Shown in pieces: positions 46,801 to 59,700 of a DNA stretch of 64,000 bases. The position numbers were made by a program, and so were the translations under genes. Source of the stretch: Neocallimastix sp. 'constans' (lineage: Eukaryota). Under the pieces are notes generated by a model. The model did no database searches and was not told the origin of the DNA. It saw only the letters and a list, made by a program, of their open reading frames with translations. The stretch's first letter is position 1, and each line of letters starts with the position of its first letter. The stretch is taken from NCBI GenBank assembly GCA_050613775.1, contig JBODTK010000109.1:1-64000 (forward strand). Reading direction: 5' to 3'.

Positions 46801-47452
46801 TATTCAATGAATCCAAAGGATAAATGTTTACTTTGGTAAGAAAATAAATTTCAAAAAAGAAAAAAATTATAAAAATAAAATTAATTAATTAATAATTAAT
46901 TTAAAACAAAAAAAAAAACAAAACAAAAAAAAAAAAAAAAATAGAAAAAATAAACAATAATAGAAAACAGAGATAATTAAAAATAATCAAAAAAAATCTT
47001 TAAATATTTATATAAATATTTGAAATATTCATTTATAGAATTTTCAATAATATAAATATATCAATTAAGTAAAAATAAAAATAAAAACATAATAATATTA
47101 CAAATAAGAAATAAATAAGTGTAATAATATATAAAAATATATAAAAAAATGTAATGAATCAAATTGGTATAATTTTAAAAAAAAAATAATACTAAAAAAT
47201 AAAAAAATATAGAAAAACAAATAAATGTTAATAATTATATTAATATTATTATTATTATAAGTAAAACTTTTATTATCCTATGTGCAACTTATTATATAAC
47301 AATGATACTAGCCTAATCTGGCCTGGTTCTTGAGTAGTTATATAATCCTCACCTAAGGCAACACCAAATAACCGATCTTTGATATAAAACAAATATGTGT
47401 AGTAACATATTTGTAAATTTAATAATAAATAATACATAATTTATATCTTTTT

Positions 47453-50400
47453 TATTTTTATTTTTATTTTTATTTTTATTTTTTTTTAGACTAAGAGAAT
47501 AACTTTATTTAATTTATAATAATAATAAAATTACAAGAAAAAAAATAATATAATACTTGAAATAAAATATTATATATTATAAAATTATAAAAGTGCGTTA
47601 GAAGCAATAGCCTCTAACTTTACCCATTCCTCGATAATAACACCACGTCCATTATTGTGAGTAATAATTTCAGTACTAGTGTTATCAATCGAATCTGTAT
47701 TAGAACTTTCACCGGGAGGTGAAAATCCATACCTTATCATTTCGACGTCGACGCTCTCGGCAACAGTAGATTCGATGGAATACAATTTCATCATCAAACT
47801 AAAAGATCGACAAATTAATGGTATTACATTTGTTAGAAACTCCGCAATCCCCACAAAATACGGAACAGTTGACGAAGTTGAACTTTGTTTAAAAATATTG
47901 TCAACTAATTTTCTTTGCTCCCCATCATTAACTTTAATTTTTGAATATATTGAACGCCCGCCAAGAAGAGCACTCAATATATAATAATAAATATTATTAT
48001 TATAATCCTTTTCTGAATCTAAAGAAACATACAAGGATTTTTGTTCAATTATCATTGCAAACTTCAAAAAGAGATCATCTAGAAAAGGTAAAGATTTATT
48101 TCTGTAATTTTCCAATTCTTTACAGGCAAAGATTCAGTGAGAAAAACTAGGTACACTAAACACCACAACAAGGGCAACATTTAGGGCAATCTTCTGAGAC
48201 GATTTTTCTTTTAATGGAAATACTAATATCAGATTTAAAACCACACCTAATTCGAGAAATCCAAAAGAATCCCAACTGATACTTAGGATATTGAAATGTT
48301 AAGTTTCTGATTTCTGAAATAAATCCAAAATCATTCTCCTTGTAAATAATTGCTTTATTAGCTTTTGAGGATTTGAAGACATCCCTTTCCCAATAAAACT
48401 TTTTTATTTCACTTTTTTTCTTACCATTTAATTTCTTATCCAAAGTCCTTGATTCTTTAGTCCATGAGTAATGTGACATAGTAGGAATATTATTAGTGAG
48501 ATGATTAATAATACATGATGAGTTTTTCCATTTTCTAAAGCATCGCAATTGAGATATAGCACAGACAGATAGTTGAAAGAGGAGGAATTCTCAATTCACG
48601 AGTAATATCATAGAGACTAACATAAAAATTGCGAGATTTAAATCCATAATTCCAATAAAGTCCTCTATTAATAGTTTTTTTAGCTTTAGAACATCTGCTC
48701 TTATTTGATCCAAAGAGAGGAGCATAATATATAACAAGACTAAGAATAAACGAAATTAAAACATATTTCTTCAATGGGAGAGGAATAGATTTATTAATAA
48801 GAAATCGAAAGTACAAATTTAATTTGACATTTAAATTACTGTTTAATTTGGATTGTATAGATTTCAATGATAAAGATTCATCAAAAGGAATACCAAGATA
48901 AGTATAGTTGTCAGTTTTAGATAATTTGTTACTACCAATAAAGAAAGATGGATTTTCATAATTTATCGGCTTAACAAAGTTAATCGGTTTTACAACAAGA
49001 GTAGCACACTTATTAATTCCAAAAGTCATTTCATTTTTAATAGCCCATTCATGAACTTTATTCAAAATTTTCTTAAGAGCTTGTTTAGATGGAGCAACTA
49101 AAACAATATCATCAGCAAAAAGTCCACCACAACAATATTGAGAATCTAAATATACACCATACTTATCACAATTATCCAGTACATCATTAATGAACAAATT
49201 GAATAAAATAGGAGATAGAGGGCATCCTTGTCTAACACCACAATTAATCGAAAATTCTTCAGAGAGATTACCATTAAAAAAAGCACGAGCTTTAGAGGAT
49301 AGATAAATATTCTTTAAAAACAGATGACATTTACCTCTAATTCCTAAGTTATATAATTTGGTCAAAATATTAAAGATAGGTACTGAATCATAGGCTTTTT
49401 TAAGATCGAGAAAAGCAAGATAAGTAACATTTCCTTGAAATTTTCTTCTTTGACATATTTCTCTAATTGAAATATATAAACTTATGCATTCTTCTTTATT
49501 TCTAAATCCAAATTGTTCAGGTCTAACAAATTTATATTCAAAGGCATATTTAGCAATTCTATTAGTAACAATATTTGAAATAATTTTTGAGCCAACATTA
49601 ATAAGAGAAATACCACGATAATTATTACAATCCGAAAGATCTCCTTTTTTTTGGAATTGATATTATAGAAGCCAAATTCCACTCTTCAGGGAAATCACCA
49701 TCCCAGATTTTGTTAAATAATGAAAGTAAACATTTAGCACACTTAGAGTAGTGATCATCCGAAGAATCATTTTGATTATCAGATAAATCAGATTTACTAA
49801 AGAAGGCTTTAAAAAATTCAATCGGAATACCATCGGGTTCAGGAGCTTTATTATTTTTCATATCAAGTACAGTTTTTTGAATTTCTTCCATAGTAATAGA
49901 ATCATTAATATTCCAAGTAGGATTATTACTAGGATTAGTTCTAAATAAACTTACCCAGTACTCATTATCCAAACTGTGTTGAGTAACATCAGAAGCTAGT
50001 TCACTGTAATATTCAGCAAATCGATTCAATTGATCCGAATGAGAAAATAAAAAGTTACTCTGCTTGTCCTTTAAAACGCTTGACGAAATAGAATTAGAGT
50101 ACATAGGGTGAGATAGCTTCTTTAATTTTAACCAAGCACTCCTAGCATTTTTATTACGAAAATTATTACATGCGGATTCTATTGACTGATGAAATTGTTT
50201 TGATTTAATAGAAAACTTAATTGTCCTGACTTTACCATATATACTTTTATATTCACGAAGCAAATTTAAAAATTCATCAAGGTTTTCAAGGTTAGGACCT
50301 AAAGAAAAATTTTTGATTTCATTAAATGTAATATGCTTTTCATGAGAAAGTTTATTGATATAATAAGGGCAGCTGAGCCTTTAAGATCACAAGGAACTCT

Positions 50401-50923
50401 AGCATGAACTTTATCACCAACTTTATTAGCTGTTTCTATAAATTTATTGACCATTTCATTAGAATTTAATTCTTTATTATCATTAAATTCATTAAGAAGA
50501 ATTGAGAAGTAGTTACTTGAGAATATTTCATTATGCTTTTCATTACACATGTGTTGGGACCACTTGAATCTTCTAGAAAGAGTAGGAGCACGAAAACCTT
50601 CTGAGTCATCTTTCTTACAGGAAAGGATAAGAGGAAAGTGGTCAGAAATATCATTGAATGTACTACAAACAGATACCTTATTAATGTATTCCTTCATTTT
50701 ACAATTAATACTGACAGAAATTGGAAATACGCTTACTAAGAAATTCCCAAAGTTTACTAACAGACCATGATTGAAGATCATGAATAAAGATAAAAATAAA
50801 ATCTTTATTCTGAATACCATATTTTCGAAGGCCTCGCCGAAAAAAAAAGTATAGTTGCTGATTTTGAAGAAGTATTATCCATTTCAAGAAAGCCTAAAAA
50901 ATAAAATAAAAGAAGTATAAAAA

Positions 50924-50959
<36 letters not shown>

Positions 50960-51812
50960 TAGATAAAAAAAAATTTTTTTTTTTTTAATATATATAATAA
51001 AATAAAATAAAAATAAAAGAGAAAGTAAATTCCCTTTAAATAATATATATATAAAAATATTGGTGTTGAATAAATGAAAGCTTGAAATATATAATTGTTC
51101 TTGATGATTTAATAGTGTTTAGAGTTTGTAAATAATTGATTTTATCCGGTATTACTGATATAATATTTATAAATTTACACAAAGGTTAGAAATTTATTAA
51201 TACAAAATTACTTGTAAATACTGTTAAAATGAATAATCGTTTCTTTTTATCTTTTGACTGATTGTAATTATTTCAATTAATAAAGCTTTTTAAGATGTTA
51301 AAAATTTTTGTTGAATAATCATAAATTAGCTAAAAGTATATTTAAAAAAGAAAAAATATTAGTAGAGAAAGACTATAAAAAAGATTCCTATCCGTTAAAT
51401 AATGTCTTAAACACAAGCTTTGGAGTGAATCAATTTCCTACATTTCCATTTTACAATAGCTACATGAAAGTATAAATAATACTATAGAAAAATACATATA
51501 CAAAATAATACTAAAATAAAAGATACAATATATTCATTACAATGATAATATGTAGAAACTACGTGATATTATTAATTATACAACTCCAATGTTACTACAT
51601 ATCCAGTTTAAAACAATATAAAACATCAAGTTCACTTTCTACAGTCTTCCAGTATTCCAGTTTTCTCTCTTGGTACTAGAAGCCACTTTAGAAAGGATAA
51701 TCATCGATTATCATCAATAATCACAGAAAGCTGTAATTAGTACACCTGATATAGGTTATTCTTTTTCCATCAACCCTCCATGGACCTTGAAAAATAATCC
51801 ACATCATTGGGG
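47453..51812 (-). mobile_element. Non-LTR retrotransposon (LINE) insertion, degenerate
   Basis: TSD ATATCTTTTT at 47443-47452 and 51813-51822; AATAAA and A-rich tail at the 3' end; ORF2 fragments inside. Confidence 0.85.
47585..50720 (-). pseudogene. LINE ORF2 (end of APE endonuclease, RT, C-terminal Cys/His motif), multiple frameshifts and stops
   Basis: SDHFP, KAPEPDGIP, FLDLKKAYDSV (~49380-49430), GVRQGCPLSPILFN, FADD, CPCC..SH*IFAC. Confidence 0.92.
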
Positions 51813-52132
51813 ATATCTTTTTGATAATTATTATTTTATTTTATTTTATTTCATTATAATTATTGAATATGAAGTATTATTAATAATTATAATAATTATA
51901 CTTTAATTCATATAAAAATAATATAGTTCTATATATTAGAATATTACCTATTTCTTATAAATAGATTAAATTATTTACATTAGAAATAGAGGACTCTCTT
52001 GTAAATTTTAGGAATTAGAATTATTATTTTAATTGTATGAATATTATAATTTTATTAATAAATTTTACTAAACAACCATTATTTTAAAAACCCACTGCTT
52101 ATAAATTATTGCATATAAAAGTCCCACATATC

Positions 52133-52222
52133 GGGAGTATTGCATTTCAACATAATTTATGTATAATCATTTATTCATGTATTACAATGTGGCTTATAAA
52201 AATAAATGAATAGGATAGGGTT

Positions 52223-52258
<36 letters not shown>

Positions 52259-52271
52259 TATTAACATTTAT

Positions 52272-52352
<81 letters not shown>

Positions 52353-54347
52353 AATAAATAATAAAGTAAAATAAAAAATAATAAAAAAATAAAAAAATAA
52401 AAATATAAGATAAAAAAAATAGATTAAAAAAAAAAATTAAAAAATAAAACTTTCAATTTAAAATAAAAAATAAAAAAAAAAAAAAGAATAAAAATATAAG
52501 ATAAAAAAAATAGATTAAAAAAAAAAATTAAAAAATAAAACTTTTAATTTAAAATATTTATAATAAATGGATGATCAATTAGAAATAAGTGAAACTAATG
52601 AAGAAAAAAACCAAATCATTGTAATCAAAAAATATAAATTTAGTTTATGGTATATAACGAATAGTACAAAAGTATTCAAATGTACTGAATATAAAACCGT
52701 TAAAAAATGTAAATCATACATTATTCTAAATAATAATAATAAAGTAATAAACTATGAAAACAAACATACTCATCCAGGAAAAGAATATGATGCATCTGTA
52801 TCAATAGTAAAACATAAAATGAAAAATGAAATTAGAAAAACCTCAATCCCATTGATATAAATCCAAAAAATATATATAATGAAATATCTGAAGAAATTGG
52901 ATTGATATTCCCTGAATATAATTCAATTAAATCTCAAATATCAAGATATATAAAAAAACAACTACCTCCTGATATATCAAAATTTAATGAAATTCCAGAT
53001 AAATCTGAATATTATATAAACGAAAGAGATGAAAATTTTATGATATTCAAAAATTCTAATATTATAATTTTTCAATCACCATTTCAAACAGAATTGTTTA
53101 TTAAATACAATGAAAATATGTTTGCACAAGCAACCTATGAACTGTTATTTGAAGAATTAAAAAAGAATGCAAGTAAATATAATAATAATATAATAGTTAC
53201 ACCAAAAATTTTGCATTGTGATTTTGAAAAAGGTATATCCAATGCTGCCATTAAAATATTTCCTAATATTACTATTAAATATTGTATATGGCATTATAAA
53301 AGATCGTTAGAAGTTCAAAAAAACAGATTATGTTATAATGAAGTTGAAAGTAATCATAAAATTTATTTGTTTTATAAAGCTATTACAAATTTTCCTTTTA
53401 TAAATCCTGAATATATATTTGATATTTGTAATTATATTAGAATTATATGTCAAATATATAATTATTTCCATTTTTTAAATTTTTTGGATTATTTTAATAA
53501 AACTTATTTATATAAATATGATATTCAAAATTGGAATTATTATAAGGATATAAACCACATAACAAATAATGCTTCAGAATCTTTTAACAATTACTTAAAA
53601 AAATTGTTTTACAAAAAACCTTCTTTCTATGAATTGATTTATCATTTAAAAAGAGAAGAATCTTTATCTTACTATAATTACAAAAGGAAAATTGAAGGAG
53701 TTTGGAAAAAGAAAAAAAGAAGAATATTAACAAAAACTGATGAAATCAATAATTTAATTAAAAAATACAAAAAAAAGGAATCCGAATTAATTGATAAAAA
53801 ATGTGATAAAAATGATACCATTGATTTATGGTATAAATGTTTATTAGAATTAAACAAGCTCTAAATTTATAAATAATAATAATTAACTAGAATATATATA
53901 GTTTAAATTATATTAATATCAATATCAATATATTTTATTAATATCAATATCACTATATTTTATTAATATTAATATCATTATATTTTATTAATATCAATAT
54001 CAATATTTAAATTTTATTAATAATAAATATTTAATATTAAAATAAATTTTATTTTATTATTTAATTAATTTAATAATAAAATATTAAATATTTAATAATA
54101 AAATATAATAATAAAATGAAAATTAATTAAATAATTGAAAATAAATAAAAATAAAATAAAATTCTTAACAGAAAACTTATTTATTCTTTTATTTATTATT
54201 TTTTTTAATTTTTATTTTATTTTTTTAATTCTAAAATACAATAAATAAAAATATACGTTGAAAGTTGTGGCGTATTACATAATTTATACGTATTGTACAA
54301 ATATTTATGCTGATTATACATAAATTATGTCGAAATGCTTCACATCC
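52133..54347 (+). mobile_element. Mutator-like DNA transposon (MULE), defective
   Basis: Terminal inverted repeats (GCATTTC[A/G]ACATAATTTATGTATAATCA); 9-bp TSD CCACATATC at 52124-52132 and 54348-54356. Confidence 0.9.
52567..53864 (+). pseudogene. MULE transposase, frameshifted near 52855 and apparently missing the first catalytic Asp segment
   Basis: N-terminal C-C-H-H finger (FKCTEY..C..HTH), HCDFEKG, CIWH, TNNASESFN; no DGTF-type motif between ENMFA and QATY. Confidence 0.85.
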
Positions 54348-54933
54348 CCACATATCATCTTTGATCTAAAACAAATATGTGTAGTAACATATTTGTATAT
54401 TTAATAATAATTATTAAATATTAAATTTATATCTTTTGATAATAATTTTTATAATATATTATTAATTATTCATTATTATATTATAATTACTATTATAATA
54501 TATATTAAATTACATATTATTTTATAATATATTATATTATATTATTTATTTTATAATTATATATTATTATATTAAAATATAATAATATTTTTATATTTAA
54601 TTTTAATAGGATTTTTATTATATTATACAATATATTATTATGTATTATTTTATATTTATTTTTTTATTTTACATATAATATACATTTATTATTTAAATAT
54701 AGATATTGTATTCTTATATATATATAATTTATATTATATGTTTAAAATATATTTCATACTATTAAATTTTATAATTTTAAAATGTAATTTCTTAATAATA
54801 ACCAATTTCTAATAAATTAATTTAGAAAAGGGGTTTTTTTAGTTTTTAGGAAAAGGAATAATAAATTAAATAAAGATATAACTATATTATTATAATTAAA
54901 ATATAGCACATAAAAGTCCCGTATATCAAAAAT

Positions 54934-54951
54934 TGGTGGAGATATCGGGGA
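54934..54951 (+). promoter_or_regulatory. E5 primer binding site, tRNA-Ala-like
   Basis: TGGTGGAGATATCGGGGA 5 nt after the LTR; identical to the E1 PBS. Confidence 0.85.
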
Positions 54952-55080
54952 TGTGCAATAATATAGTTGTATTATTTTTATAAGTGTTTTATTAAGAGAT
55001 ATATTTTTATTATAATTATTTTCCTGTGTTAATTTATTAAGTTTAAATAAAATATTAGTTGAAAATTAATAATTACGCGT

Positions 55081-55139
<59 letters not shown>

Positions 55140-55361
55140 ATATATATATTTTATTTTATTCTTATTAATTAAAGGCAGCTGGGAATTTGGACCAGGATAA
55201 AAACGAATAAGTCTTTAATTACTATTTAGATTTAGTTAATAGTGATAAGTTAGTTAATTAATTGTAATATTTTATTTGTAATTAAAGATAACTGGGAGTT
55301 TGAACCAGTATAAAAACGAATAAGCCTTTAATTATTAACTATTAGTTTATTATAAAAAAAA

Positions 55362-55392
<31 letters not shown>

Positions 55393-55673
55393 GAAGTAAT
55401 AAATAGTATTAATTAGTAAATTAATTAATAAGTATAAAAAAAAAAAAAAAAAAAAAAAAAATTATAATATATGTAATAATAATAAATAATAATTATAATA
55501 ATATTAATATTGATAATAATACTTAGTAACAAAAATAAATAGTAAAAATTTTTAATAGTGATAAAATATATATTTAATTTTTATAAATTATTGAACGCGT
55601 TTTATTAGTTAATAAGACTATATATTATTGTATTTATATATATATACTACTCATTATTTGGAATTTTCTTAAA

Positions 55674-56798
55674 ATGTCAAGTTCACCTACTACTTCGACA
55701 ACTTTAGTGGATAACGATGATGTCGATACTAGAACTCTACCAAGGATTGGAGGTGTTCATAAAGATGCAGAAATTTGGAAGTTTCGTATTACTGACTGGT
55801 TTAGAAGGGAACGTATTGTAACGGATGCAGGAAAATTCAGTTATATCATTGCATCCTGTGAGGATGATATAGTTCGTGTACTTCATATGGAACAAGTCAA
55901 GTTGAATCGGATTCTAACACTAGATGAATGTGTATACCTAATTAAAAAGAAATATTGGAGAGAAAATCTGAAAGAAGACAAATTAAGACAAATTAAGAAA
56001 ATTATGATCAATCCAAATGAAAGTATTTACGACTTTAATACTAGATTCTTAGAGTTATATGATCAATTAGATTCCGCAGACCAATCTTCCTTCTCAGTGA
56101 TCGACTATGAAAATGCCTTGAGACCTCGTAGTAGAATTTATGAAAGAATCGCCATGGCTGAAGCTCCTGACCTTGAAACTGCCTGTAAATTAGCTGAGAA
56201 ATATGAAAATATATTAACTCAATCTCAAGGAAACCAAGAAATGTGGGGTCCTTATGGTAAAATCAATAATTATAATAGAAGAAATAATTTTTCCCAACCT
56301 GGTAGATCAAATCTTAATAATGCTTTCATTGATCAATATAATAATAATTCAAATTTCACTCCATTTAATAATAATTTTAATACATTTAACAATTCAGGAA
56401 ATTTTAATAGAATAAGAAGATTTAATAATGTATCATTAAATTCATCATCTAGAATGAATTCTAGCGTTTTGAGAAATTTTAGAAACCCAAATTTTAATAG
56501 TTTTAATAATAACAATAATCTTGGTAACAATAATTTTAATAATAATTATAACAATGGTAATAATTATAATAATAGTAATAACAATAATCGTAATATGAAT
56601 CACAATACAAATAATTATAATAATAATTCTGATGTTATAGACGATTTAACTAATCAAATGAAAAATTTAAAAATTAAAACCTGTTATTTCTGTCATCAAC
56701 CGGATCATGTTTTAAAAGATTGCGTTGCTTTTGATAGATTCCAAAATGATCCAAATTATGAAAATTATATTAATTCCTTATATTCTCAAAAAAACTAG
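55674..56798 (+). CDS. gag: E5 Gag with Asn-rich region and CCHC knuckle
   Basis: CYFCHQPDHVLKDC; ESIYDFNTRF segment similar to E1/E2 gag. Confidence 0.9.
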   Translation: MSSSPTTSTTLVDNDDVDTRTLPRIGGVHKDAEIWKFRITDWFRRERIVTDAGKFSYIIASCEDDIVRVLHMEQVKLNRILTLDECVYLIKKKYWRENLKEDKLRQIKKIMINPNESIYDFNTRFLELYDQLDSADQSSFSVIDYENALRPRSRIYERIAMAEAPDLETACKLAEKYENILTQSQGNQEMWGPYGKINNYNRRNNFSQPGRSNLNNAFIDQYNNNSNFTPFNNNFNTFNNSGNFNRIRRFNNVSLNSSSRMNSSVLRNFRNPNFNSFNNNNNLGNNNFNNNYNNGNNYNNSNNNNRNMNHNTNNYNNNSDVIDDLTNQMKNLKIKTCYFCHQPDHVLKDCVAFDRFQNDPNYENYINSLYSQKN

Positions 56799-59700
56799 AT
56801 AATGGAAGAAGGCTAACTTCTTTTAATCAAAATGCCAACCCTAGTATAATTGCAGCTACCTCATGGAATGATAATTACAAAAATATTATTGCTGCTGCAA
56901 AACGTAGTAGAGATGAAAAATATTCATCCTTACTACCAAAAACAAAAAGAAAAATTAATAATGAAGAATTAAGCGAAAATGATTATACTAATAAAATGTA
57001 TTATAATACAATAAATAACTCACCTAAAATAAAATATAATTTAAGAAATAGAAATATTGTAGAGTTACCCCTTAAGAATAAACCAAAAATTAATTACAAT
57101 ATTAATAATACTAAAAATTTTAATCATGATATAACTAATAAACATGACAACGAAAATGTGGATAATAATACATTGGAAAGTATTAATGATGGAAATTTAG
57201 ATAAACTAAATATTAACAAAACGAAGGTATTGAACGATAATGATTTTGAAAGTATAGGTAAGAAAATAAGGAATAATAGTTTGGATATTGTGGATAAAGC
57301 AGATTTGGATATTATGAATAAAGTTGACTTGGATGTAGAGAACAATAATAAAAATAAAACGGATAACTTGAACACTCAAAATGAAGAAATTGGTAAAAAT
57401 AGTAAAGTTAATAATCTAAATAAAATTGGAATTGGAAATAGAATGAACCCTACCAATGATAAAGAAAGAGATAAAACGAAGGACAAAGCTACCAGAGTTG
57501 GTCAAATAATTCAATTGTTAGAGGGTGTTGAACCATACGATATTGTGGAAGAATTGAGAAATACCCCAGCTAATATTAATTTGGCTCAGTTATTAGGAAT
57601 TAGTAGTGCCTTGCGTGCCGATGTTAACAGAAGTTTCAAAAAATTGAAAACAGAAGAGGAAACAATCATAGGCTATGCGGAATGTTACGATGACATCGAA
57701 AATTTTGAGATTGTCAACAATCCGACACATTGCTACTGTACCAGGGAAGTCCAGGAACACGATATTGCTGTGGTCAGTGGTTCCGTTGATGGTTATCCTG
57801 CCGCTATTTTAATTGATGGTGGTAGTAACGCGAATTTAGTAACTAGGAAATTCCTCACAAAATTTATCAAAAATTATACTGTTGTAAGAACTACCTCTGG
57901 CAGAGTACATCAAGCTTTATCTGATGTTGAAGAAAAGGTTTATGAAATAGTTCAACTTGAAGTACAAATTGGAACATTAAAAATTATTACTGAATTTAGA
58001 GTCGTGGATAACGGTGATCCTATTTTTGATATAATTATTAATTTAAAAACACAAGCGGATTATAAGTTGCTAGTAGATGCTAATAGTAAATATTTATATG
58101 TGAGAAATAAAATTAATAATATCAATGGTATTTTCAGTTTTAACGTTGTACCCTTAGTACCATTAGAGAACGTTCAAATTTTTCAATCTCAAGCTATGTT
58201 TTGTTATATAATAGAAAATCCACCTTCTACAATAATTAATAATATTAATAGTATTAATGAGAATGTTGATAAAAATAAAATTCTTGAAGTATTAATTGAT
58301 AATATGGATATCAAAGATTTGGATTTTAAGGCAGAATTCAAAAAAATATTAAATTCTTATACAGATGTTATAGCCGTTTCCAGTGATGATTTGGAACCTT
58401 CAGAATTACTACCTCACCATATTGAACTAATTGCAGGTAGTAAACCTATTAAACAAAAAGCTTATAGAATTTCTCAAATTCAATTAGAAGCTTTAAAAAT
58501 AGAATTAAAGAAATTAATAGATAAAGGACTCATTGTACCATCTCATTCACCATGGTCGTCACCTATTGTATTAGTACCTAAGAAAAACGGTCGTTGGAGA
58601 TTATGTATAGATTATAGATTATTAAATAATATCACTAAAAAGGATGCCTATGCAATCCCGATAATACAAGAAATTTTTGATGCTCTAAAAGATGCTTATA
58701 TTTTTTCAACTTTGGATCTGTTTAGTGGGTATCACCAGATACCTATGTTTAAGGATGATCAAGAACTTACTTCATTTACTACTAAGTTTGGAAATTATTA
58801 CTTTAAGGTAATGCCTTTTGGTTTGACCAACGCTCTTGCTACCTTCCAGAGAGAAATGAATCGTATATTCTTTGACTTAATAAATAAATGTGTTCAAATA
58901 TATTTGGATGATATTATTGTATATTCACCATCCATTGAACAACATCTAATAGATTTAACAAATGTTTTTGAAATTCTTAGAAATAATAAATTAAAAATGA
59001 ATATTGAAAAGTGTCATTTCTGTGTTTACGAAGTTGAAGCGTTGGGACACAAGATTTCAAATAAGGGGTTATTACCCATAGAAAGAAAAGTAGATGCAAT
59101 CAAGAATTTAGATATTCCTACCAATATTTCTGAATTACGTTCTTTTCTTGGAATGGTTGGATATTACAGAAATTTTATTGAAAACTATGCTTCTATTTCT
59201 GAACCCCTACGTAAACTTTTAAGGAAAAACTCACCTTTTATTTGGACTAAAGAACAAACTATTAGTTTTGATAATATGAAGAATTCTCTTTGTAACGCAC
59301 CTATCTTATGTTATCCACGTTTTGATAAACCCTTTATTATTCGTACAGATGCTAGCTATCTAGGGATAGGTGGAGTATTATTACAACTATATGAAGATAA
59401 AATAGAACACCCAGTATTTTATATTAGTCGTTCTTTAAGTAAATCTGAACATAATTACTCTATTACTGAATTGGAAGGAACTGCAGCTTACTACTGCATT
59501 AATAAGTTTAAACCCTATATTCTTGGAAACCCTTTTCGGACTATTCTTTACACAGATCATCAACCTTTAGTTCCTATAATTAAAAACAATGAACCAAATA
59601 CAAGTAAACATGCTCGTTGGTGTCTTTTATTTAGTCAGTTACAAGTTGACGTTGTTTATCAACCCGGGAGAGCAAATATATTAGCTGATGCACTTTCTCG

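Larger units (their letters stand above)
47380..54357 (+). mobile_element. Solo LTR related to E5, split into 47380-47452, 51823-52132 and 54357 by a LINE and a MULE
   Basis: Starts TGATATAAAACAAATATGTGTAGTAACATATTTGT (cf. E5 LTR); reconstructed end TAAAAGTCCCACATATCA; TCTT on both sides. Confidence 0.85.

Noticed and set aside
47585..48115. Extra ORF3 in the LINE
   Set aside because: It continues ORF2 after the Cys/His motif once a frameshift and a Trp-to-stop change are allowed
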